A stretch of DNA of 64,000 nucleotides, taken from the NCBI GenBank assembly GCA_963713485.1, contig CAVQLW010000006.1, positions 197,714 to 261,713 on the forward strand, given 5' to 3'. The translations under genes and the position numbers were made by a program. A model generated the notes under the pieces. It had not been told where the DNA came from, did no database searches, and was given only the letters and a program-made list of their open reading frames with translations. The DNA is from Candidatus Dormiibacterota bacterium (lineage in GTDB: Bacteria; Chloroflexota; Dormibacteria; Aeolococcales; Aeolococcaceae). Shown in pieces: positions 38,653 through 45,911 of this stretch (the first letter of the stretch is position 1; each line of letters opens with the position of its first letter).

Positions 38653-38681
38653 AGCGTAGCGTCGGCAGGGCGCGATGTCAA
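38653..38681 (-). promoter_or_regulatory. putative promoter of the lysine operon
   Basis: Minus strand reads TTGACA (38681-38676), 17-nt spacer, TACGCT (38658-38653). Confidence 0.4.
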
Positions 38682-38783
38682 CTGGTGCCCACTCCACCGA
38701 TGCCGCTGTGCGCGCAGCTGCTGACGCCCGACTTCGCGGAGAGAAGGGAGGATGACACCGGGCGGCGCGTCTCCGTTGGAGAA

Positions 38784-40082
38784 TCAGCCCAGTGCATAGA
38801 CGTTGCCATCCAGGCTCGCGAAGAACACCATGCTGCCTGCAATCGCTGACGACGAGAAGATGGGAGCTCCCTCGTTGAGGGTGAACAGTTGAGCGCCCGT
38901 GGCCAGCGAGTATCCGTGCTCCGTCCCGGCGAGATCACCGGCCAGAATCACCTGATCTCCGGAGCCACCTGAGATTGCAGGTGACGCGATGAAGTCGGCC
39001 GTCCCCGTCGCCTGGCTGCGCCAGGTCAAAGACCCGTTGACCGCGTTGAGATCGTAGACATACTGGTTGTACGTGATGATGAGATTGGTTCCGACGAGCG
39101 CCGCTGTGCATATCGCCTTGGCTCCGCTTCCCGCATTCTTCTTGAGGTTGAACTGCCAGATGCTCGCGCCTGTCGCCAGGTCCAGCGCGTACTCGACCTG
39201 GTCCTTCCCATCGACGTAGACGACCCCATCCGCAAAACCGTTCGCCCCGGGCACGCTGATCGTCGGCCCCGCGCCGACGTCGGAGTCGCCCGTCGTCTTG
39301 GTGGTGAAATGCCAGATCTCGGCCCCGGTGGCGGCATCGAGCGCGTAGACGGCGTTGTCGGGATTTGTCGAACCGAAGACGACGAGCCATCGTCCACTTG
39401 CATCCTGGACGAGGGCTGGAGAGGACCAGCTCCCGGTTCGCGTGCCTCCATCGGTGACCGCGAAGTTGTTGAACGACCATTTGAGGGTGCACTCGCCGTT
39501 GCTGTTGCCGACGCCATTGATCGCCCATTCGTGACCGGCGTTGACCTTCTCGCCCTGGCCGATGTCGCCGAAGAACACCACGTCACCGGTGCCGTCGACA
39601 TCGCCCACCGCCGGCGACGCCTCGATCATGCCCGTGGTCGTGTAGGTGCAGATGATCAGGCCGGTGGTGGCGTTGACGGCATACAGCCGCTGATCGTGGC
39701 TCGCGACATACACCGTGTTGCCAGACACGGCGGGGAAGTCCCGGACCGATCCGGTGAGCTTCGTGGACCAGACGGGCACTCCGGTCGCGGCGTCGATCGC
39801 CATGAGGGTGCTGTGGGACCCCTGACTCGCCTCATACACCACGTACTTGCCGAGGGTCGAGTTGTACACGACCGCAGGCGACCCGAGCAGCCCTGTCGTG
39901 CTGCCGGGTACGGCGGTCTTCCATTTGAGCGAGAGTGACGACACCTTCGAGGCGCCCGGAAAGACGTCCGGCGACACCCCTTGATGCTGCTGATCCCGAT
40001 GGAACATGGCCCAATTGTCGGAAACGGCTGCTTCCGCTCGGGTCGACCCACCAGTTGCCATCGCCGTGGCTGCGCAGACCAC
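38784..40082 (-). CDS. secreted BamB/PQQ-like beta-propeller repeat protein (paralogue 2); probable true start ATG 40169 separated by an in-frame TAG
   Basis: 432 aa, collinear with paralogues 1 and 3. Shared blocks: GHEWAINGVGN, GSWSSPAL, AVYALDAATG, DVGAGPTIS, VYVDGKDQVEYALDL. See the finding on the TAG at 40110-40112. Confidence 0.75.
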   Translation of the reverse strand: MVCAATAMATGGSTRAEAAVSDNWAMFHRDQQHQGVSPDVFPGASKVSSLSLKWKTAVPGSTTGLLGSPAVVYNSTLGKYVVYEASQGSHSTLMAIDAATGVPVWSTKLTGSVRDFPAVSGNTVYVASHDQRLYAVNATTGLIICTYTTTGMIEASPAVGDVDGTGDVVFFGDIGQGEKVNAGHEWAINGVGNSNGECTLKWSFNNFAVTDGGTRTGSWSSPALVQDASGRWLVVFGSTNPDNAVYALDAATGAEIWHFTTKTTGDSDVGAGPTISVPGANGFADGVVYVDGKDQVEYALDLATGASIWQFNLKKNAGSGAKAICTAALVGTNLIITYNQYVYDLNAVNGSLTWRSQATGTADFIASPAISGGSGDQVILAGDLAGTEHGYSLATGAQLFTLNEGAPIFSSSAIAGSMVFFASLDGNVYALG

Positions 40083-40267
40083 GGCGAGAATCGACGCGTG
40101 CAGACAACGCTACACCCCTGCGATGGTTGCCCGGTCACGCCCCGACGAGCGTTCCCCACTTCCTCTCATGCCCAATCCCTCAACTTGACTCGGACCCGCC
40201 GTTTCAGGTGACCCTCAGTGCTGAACGGTTCGATGAGATCACCCGCGACCGCGCTGAGACGCCGCGG

Positions 40268-41641
40268 TCATGCCAGGCCGTAGACAATCCCGTTCTCCCC
40301 AGCGACGAACGCCATGCCATCTGACACCGCGAAGGACGACGCGATCGCGGAGGCTGAGCTCTTGACAGCTGGAGCACGGGAACTCGTTGCTGTGATCTTC
40401 GAGATTCGAATCGTCGTCAGCTTCGCGAGGTCGCTGAGGCGGAAGGCGTACGCCCGGCCGCTCAGATCTCCGATGAGCACCACCTGATCTCCGGGGGCGC
40501 CGGAGACAACGACCGAAGCGAGCGTGTTTCCGGCCATCGCCACCGACCGCATCATCATTGCTCCGGTGGTCGCATTGAACACGTACACGTACTTGGCGTA
40601 GGTCACCACGACCATGTTCCCGACGAGCGCTGCACAGGACACGGAGTTGACCGCGCTGCCGGCGTTCGCACCCATATCGAACGTCCAGAGCTGGGCGCCG
40701 GTCAGCAGGTCGATCGCGTACTCGATCCGGTCCTTGCCGTCGATGTACACGGCTCCGTCGGCGAGGCCGTTGACTCCCGGCGCGCTGATCGTCGGACCGG
40801 CCCCAACATCAGCGTCAGGGAAGTTCGTGACCGTCTGGAACTGCCACAACTGGGAGCCGTTGCTGGCATCGAGGGCGTACACCGCATCGTCGGGCTGCCC
40901 GGTCCCGAACACCACGAGCGTACGACCGGTGCTGTCGACGACCAGAGCCGGCGGTGACCATGTCCCGCTGTGTTTGGAGGTGGACTTCGAGCCCAGGTCG
41001 TGCACCCATTTCAGGGCGCAACTGCCGGCATTGTTCCCCGCGCCGTTGATTGCCCATTCGTGCCCGTGGTTGAGGGACTCGGACTGGCCCGTATCCCCGA
41101 AATAGACGATCGGGCCGGTGGAGTCGTGGCCGACCACCGGGGACGACTCGATCCGGCCAGGAGTCGTCTCGGGGGCGAAGATGGGCAGCTGATAGGTGCA
41201 CTGCGGAGATCCGGTCGTCGCGTCGAGTGCCGCCAGGACGCCGCCATCCGTGCCGATATAGAGGGAGTTGCCATCGATGGCCGGCGAGTCGACGACTCCA
41301 GGCCCGACGCTCTGCGTCCACACCGGCGTTCCAGTGGCGGCATCCAAGGCCTCGACGGTGCCGGCGACGCTCACCTCATAGACGAGGTTCTCGCCGAGGC
41401 CCGCATTGAACACGGCCATCGGCGACGCGTAGATCGGGGAGCCGTCAATCGTGTGTGCCCATTGCACGGCCAGCTTCGGAGCATGCGCCGCGCCGATCGA
41501 GGTGTCGGGCGAGACGCCGTCGTGCAGGGCGTCACCGTGAAACGTGCCCCAATCGCCGAGGGTCGAGGCAGCGACCGTCGCGGGCAAGCACACCAAGATC
41601 CCCGTGCAGCACAGCGCGGCCAGAGCAATCCCTCGTCGCAT
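40268..41641 (-). CDS. secreted BamB/PQQ-like beta-propeller repeat protein (paralogue 3)
   Basis: GGAGGGGG RBS then ATG 41641. Signal peptide MRRGIALAALCCTGILVCLPATVAAS. Same conserved blocks as paralogue 2. Confidence 0.8.
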   Translation of the reverse strand: MRRGIALAALCCTGILVCLPATVAASTLGDWGTFHGDALHDGVSPDTSIGAAHAPKLAVQWAHTIDGSPIYASPMAVFNAGLGENLVYEVSVAGTVEALDAATGTPVWTQSVGPGVVDSPAIDGNSLYIGTDGGVLAALDATTGSPQCTYQLPIFAPETTPGRIESSPVVGHDSTGPIVYFGDTGQSESLNHGHEWAINGAGNNAGSCALKWVHDLGSKSTSKHSGTWSPPALVVDSTGRTLVVFGTGQPDDAVYALDASNGSQLWQFQTVTNFPDADVGAGPTISAPGVNGLADGAVYIDGKDRIEYAIDLLTGAQLWTFDMGANAGSAVNSVSCAALVGNMVVVTYAKYVYVFNATTGAMMMRSVAMAGNTLASVVVSGAPGDQVVLIGDLSGRAYAFRLSDLAKLTTIRISKITATSSRAPAVKSSASAIASSFAVSDGMAFVAGENGIVYGLA

Positions 41642-41793
41642 GGTATCCCCCTCCAATGGCCCCCTCTATCACCAGTAGCCACGGAGAGAATAGCGCAAAT
41701 CCAGCGTCGGCGTCACCCCTCGGAATCCCGGCGGCGATCCAGGGGCATTGTCATCGCCGGCCGACGATGCCCGCCTTTGCCCGAAGGATGCCC

Positions 41794-42672
41794 TCAGAGC
41801 CCGCGGGTACAGGCGTCGCCTGCCGTGAACGTCTCGCCGGTGATGCTCAAGTTCGTGACGATGCCGTGGCGGTTGTTCCTGGCGATGCCCTTTCCGTTGT
41901 GCGTGACGATATTCGTCAGTGTCACGGCATTCGCTGGACCGGAGACATACCAGTCGGCCCCGCACATCCCTGCCTCGTAGGGACCGGCGGTGTAGGTCTC
42001 TCCATTCATCGTGACGTTCTCATCTTCATAGAATGCGATGTAGTCACCGTGGATTGTCACGTTGGTGAGGATCGCGCCGTTCGTGCAATCGATGTCCAGC
42101 GCGGTGAAGCCCCCGGTGCCCGTGTTCGTGCTGATCACGTTCGTTATCACGGTACCCGTGGTTGGGTACGACTCACACGGCCGGGGGCCGGTGAACCGCA
42201 TACCGAACCCGAAGCCAGCTTCAGACGTGACGTTGATCACATGCGTGTTGCTCTGCGACGAATAGATGGTGGCAGGGACCGGGTTCTTCTGCTGCGGCGG
42301 TACGCCCGGATTGTAGGTCGCCGTGTTCACGTTCAGATTCTCGACCGTGACCCCGGGCGCGGTCACCTGAAAGATGTTGATACGGCTCTCTTGAACGAGG
42401 AACGTGCTGGCCGACCCGGCTCCGTCGATGGTGACGGGGCGATCGAGAACGACATGGTCGGTGAGGTCATACGTGCCTGCGGCCAGCGTGACGACGCGAC
42501 CTGCGCATGCTTCCACCTCGGCCTGTATTGTCGCGGCGCTCGCGCCCGCGGTTGCCGCGCACTGATTCGGGGCCGTGCCTTTGGCGCTGGCGGTGAGGGC
42601 GGGCAGGACGATCGTCGCCACCAGGGCCGCGCTCGCGGCTGCAAACCTGAGCGACCGAGTGGTGTGTCGCAT
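41794..42672 (-). CDS. secreted right-handed parallel beta-helix repeat protein
   Basis: Signal peptide, then a periodic series of N/T-rich rungs: VTVENLNVNT, HVINVTSE, VITNVISTNTG, AILTNVTIHG, VTLTNIVTHNG, IVTNLSITG. Confidence 0.6.
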   Translation of the reverse strand: MRHTTRSLRFAAASAALVATIVLPALTASAKGTAPNQCAATAGASAATIQAEVEACAGRVVTLAAGTYDLTDHVVLDRPVTIDGAGSASTFLVQESRINIFQVTAPGVTVENLNVNTATYNPGVPPQQKNPVPATIYSSQSNTHVINVTSEAGFGFGMRFTGPRPCESYPTTGTVITNVISTNTGTGGFTALDIDCTNGAILTNVTIHGDYIAFYEDENVTMNGETYTAGPYEAGMCGADWYVSGPANAVTLTNIVTHNGKGIARNNRHGIVTNLSITGETFTAGDACTRGL

Positions 42673-42999
42673 GCTGTGGGCTCCGAGTTCGAATCTGCAA
42701 GCTCGGATTCACAGTGGTCAGATCGAGACAAGCGAATATGGTGGAAACGCAACGACCTCATGGCTCGCCGAACTTGATTACCAAAGACCCATGGCAAACC
42801 CGCCGATGTACCCGTCCCAGCGAGGGGCGCTGTGCCTGCTTTGGGGTGCTCGACCGCGAGCGGGTCGAGTCAACCTCTCCAAGGCAATCCCGGCCTCACA
42901 ATTACGGGCATCCTTGCAGTATCGTGTGCGCTCCTGGCGGGCGGGCCGAACAGGCCGACCATCGCAAGCCTTTGATGGGAGGAGGGAGCCACGAGGCCG

Positions 43000-44010
43000 G
43001 TGACCAGGGCCTGGCCCATCGTGGTCGTCGCAACGTTGCTTGGTGCTTGCGGCAACAGCAGCGTCCCGATGCCCAGCGTAAGCCCCACCCCCGCGCCGAC
43101 CGTCGCCGCCACCAACACCCCTGCTCCCACGCAGTCCCCGACAGCACCATCACCGTCGCCGAGGCCGATGCCGCATCCGCGGTCGACCGCGCCGCCTCCC
43201 GGTCACCCGACCGTGGTCCCTTCCCGGCCTCATGTGCTCCTGGTCATGCTGGAGAACAAGGGTTACGCGGCCACCCTCGGCTCCTGCTCGGCCGACCCAT
43301 ACCTTTGCTCGCTGGCCGCGCAGTACATGAGTGCCACGGCATGGGAGGGCATTGGCCACCCGAGCCTGCCCAACTATCTAGCGATCACGAGCGGATCGAC
43401 GCAAGGGTGCTCGAGCGACGGCTGCGGCACCGGTATCAACGCGTCTCATCTCGGTACTCAGCTGGCGGCTGCGGGTGTCCCCTGGGACGCGTACATGGAG
43501 TCGATGCCGTACGCCTGTTACGGCGGAGCGATGAGCGGCGAGTACACGCGTGTGCACAACCCCTTCGTCTACTACACCGGCGCCTCGAGCCCTTGTCATG
43601 ACGATCCCTACCCCGGAAGTGCCGGCCTCCTCGCCACCCTCGGGAGCCGAACCCCACCCGACTTTGTGTGGATCAGCCCCAACCTCGGTGACGACATGCA
43701 CAACGGCTCAGTTCAGCAGGGGGATGCCTGGCTCAGGGGCAACCTTGCTCCCATCCTCGCTTCGCCCTGGTTCATCCGCGGCGACGCCACCGTCATCGTG
43801 ACGATGGATGAGAACGATCCGCAGTCAACGCCGATGGGCGGGCAGGTCCCCATGGTGGTCATCTCGAGCAAGGCGAGGGGTCGGGGAGCGGTCGCCATCC
43901 GGGGGAACCTCTACGGCACTCTTCGCTCGATTGAAGAGGCGTTCGGCCTGTCGTTGCTTGGCGCGGCGCAAAGCCTTGCGAACGGGGACGTGGCCGGATA
44001 CTTCGGATGA
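43000..44010 (+). CDS. lipoprotein of the phosphoesterase (acid phosphatase / phospholipase C-like) family
   Basis: LLGAC lipobox, then a Pro/Thr/Ser linker. Then HVLLVMLENKGY...HPSLPNYLAITSGST...VHNPFVYY...PDFVWISPNLGDDMH. Confidence 0.7.
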   Translation: MTRAWPIVVVATLLGACGNSSVPMPSVSPTPAPTVAATNTPAPTQSPTAPSPSPRPMPHPRSTAPPPGHPTVVPSRPHVLLVMLENKGYAATLGSCSADPYLCSLAAQYMSATAWEGIGHPSLPNYLAITSGSTQGCSSDGCGTGINASHLGTQLAAAGVPWDAYMESMPYACYGGAMSGEYTRVHNPFVYYTGASSPCHDDPYPGSAGLLATLGSRTPPDFVWISPNLGDDMHNGSVQQGDAWLRGNLAPILASPWFIRGDATVIVTMDENDPQSTPMGGQVPMVVISSKARGRGAVAIRGNLYGTLRSIEEAFGLSLLGAAQSLANGDVAGYFG

Positions 44011-44063
44011 CTCAGCCGGAGTCGCTGTCGACGCGAGCGGCCGGACGTCGTCAGCTCGTGATG

Positions 44064-45002
44064 CTAGCCGAAGGCAGGGGTGAGATCTCCGTTGGCCGCG
44101 TTCGCTGAGGCTCCAAGGAGTCCGACGCCGTATGCCTCTTCAATGGCTCGCAACGTTCCGTAGTGGTTGCCGCCACTCGTGAAGTGGCCGGCCGATTTGG
44201 CGGATACCACGATGGTCGGGACGTGCCCGCCGGTCCCGGTGTTCCAACCGGACTGGTCCGCCTTGGTGGCCGAATCCCAGGTGATGATGATGATGCCGTT
44301 TCCCTGCGTATACCAGGACGTGCTTTGCAGCAACGGGATAGCGGTGCTCAGCCACTGATCGCCCTGTTTGATGTGGTTGTTCGCGGGCGGGCACTTCGAG
44401 TTCATGTCGTCGCACTCATTGGGCGTCAACCACACGAAGTCGGGAGGGGTGCTGCTGTTGAGATCTGAGATCATTGGCGACGACCCGTTCAACGGCGTGG
44501 CGACGCGGACGACGTTGTCGCAGAGGGCCGGATTGGTGCGGATCTTCTTGAAATACACGAAGGGATTGTGGAGCTTCGAGTAGTTGCCAATGCCCTTGCC
44601 CGTGTAGCAGACGGAGGGCATGTCCTCCATGTACGCCTTCCACGGGATCGCCGCGCCGGCGAGCTCCTCGACTAGGGTCGTGGCGCTGTATGTCCCCGTC
44701 GTGCCGGAGATCAACGCGATGTAGTCGGCGAGGCTGCTGTCCTGCAACCCGAACCAATTGGTTGCAGAAGCATACGTGGTCGCCAGCGAGTTGATGTACG
44801 GAGCTTGAGTGTTGCCGATGATCTGCGAGTACCCCTCGTTCTCCATCACGATCACCATGATGTGGGGGGGCGGGGTGGCTGCCAGAGATGGAGTCGCATC
44901 GGCAAGAGCGCAGGTCAACGCTGGTATGGCGACTAGCAACGCCGCGATGCCGAAACGAAGTGCTCGGGTGCCGCGTGGCGCGGCGACACCTTCCCCAATC
45001 AT
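44064..45002 (-). CDS. secreted phosphoesterase family protein (paralogue of 43000..44010)
   Basis: GAGGAGGGG RBS then ATG 45002, followed by a signal peptide. HIMVIVMENEGYSQIIG...YINSLA...LHNPFVYF...PDFVWLTPNECDDM. Visibly more A/T-rich than its paralogue. Confidence 0.7.
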   Translation of the reverse strand: MIGEGVAAPRGTRALRFGIAALLVAIPALTCALADATPSLAATPPPHIMVIVMENEGYSQIIGNTQAPYINSLATTYASATNWFGLQDSSLADYIALISGTTGTYSATTLVEELAGAAIPWKAYMEDMPSVCYTGKGIGNYSKLHNPFVYFKKIRTNPALCDNVVRVATPLNGSSPMISDLNSSTPPDFVWLTPNECDDMNSKCPPANNHIKQGDQWLSTAIPLLQSTSWYTQGNGIIIITWDSATKADQSGWNTGTGGHVPTIVVSAKSAGHFTSGGNHYGTLRAIEEAYGVGLLGASANAANGDLTPAFG

Positions 45003-45216
45003 CAGTCCCCTCCTCAGCACAGTCTTGGCGAGGACTCTACCATGCCTGACGCGTATGCGGCGATAGGCCGCCGACGATTCTGAACGGTGGCCGCTCCGGT
45101 CCGCCTGCGCGTGCGGGGCGCGAGGGCCATCCATCCGGCTACTCTGCCACTCTCGCGGTGCTTGCTCCCGGGGGCAGTTCCACGACCTGAGCGTACCGTT
45201 CATGGGGAGACTTGGA

Positions 45217-45426
45217 ATGCAAGGAAACCGGCTACTCACGATCGCGTTGGTGGTCGTCGCGGTGGTGTGCGCCGCGGTCGCGATCCTTTACCTTACCCAG
45301 AAGACGGACTTCCTCTCGTCTGGCCGCCCCATTCACCACACGAGTCGCGGCGTCGTGCTCGCCATCGTCGCCGTGATCTGCCTCATCGGAGCGGTCGTGG
45401 TGAGGCCCCGTCCATCCCGAACCTGA
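45217..45426 (+). CDS. small two-TM membrane protein
   Basis: GGGGAGA RBS then ATG 45217. Two hydrophobic helices: LLTIALVVVAVVCAAVAILY and VVLAIVAVICLIGAVVV. Confidence 0.45.
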   Translation: MQGNRLLTIALVVVAVVCAAVAILYLTQKTDFLSSGRPIHHTSRGVVLAIVAVICLIGAVVVRPRPSRT

Positions 45427-45591
45427 GGTCTGACCAAGGGCAGCCACCGTCACGCACAAGGGCTGGTTTGGCCACCCGGCCACGCGGTCTTAACCCGGAG
45501 GCAACCCAACCGTTAATCGATTTTGGTGCCGATCTTAAGCGCGCTACGAGCATCGTGGCTGTCAAGTGGCCCGGGCCTGTGAGGAGGAGGG

Positions 45592-45841
45592 ATGGCCGAA
45601 ACAGTCCGTCTCGGCGGAGCGGCTCATGGTGGCTACCTTGCTCCGCTCGCGGCCGAATGGCGGCCCTCGTCGGCCGATTTTGCCGCGGTCCTATCGGCAT
45701 TGAATCGTAATCCGATGACGTCGACCGAGATTGAGACCTCGACACGCGTCGAGGCACCGGTCGTCGGGGAGGTGCTTCGAAGTCCTCGCGATCACCGGGC
45801 GGATTGCGCGCCGGAAGGACCGCTACGCGCTGCGGCACTAG
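45592..45841 (+). CDS. small winged-helix-like DNA-binding protein, one +1 frameshift near 45780-45785
   Basis: GGAGGAGGG RBS then ATG 45592. After frame repair the end reads ...MTSTEIETSTRVEAPVVGEVLR(S/V)LAITGRIARRKDRYALRH*. Length is 3n+1. Confidence 0.4.
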
Positions 45842-45911
45842 ATACGGCCTCGTCGCGTAACGTGGTGTTCTCAGCATCGGCGTCGCCATACCAACGGAAC
45901 AGGGAACACGG

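Noticed and set aside
38784-41641. PQQ-dependent dehydrogenases
   Set aside because: The proteins are 430-460 aa secreted propellers of the BamB/PQQ-like repeat type. I recognised none of the quinoprotein dehydrogenase active-site features. There is no cytochrome domain and no pqqABCDE genes nearby. A structural or binding propeller is the safer call.
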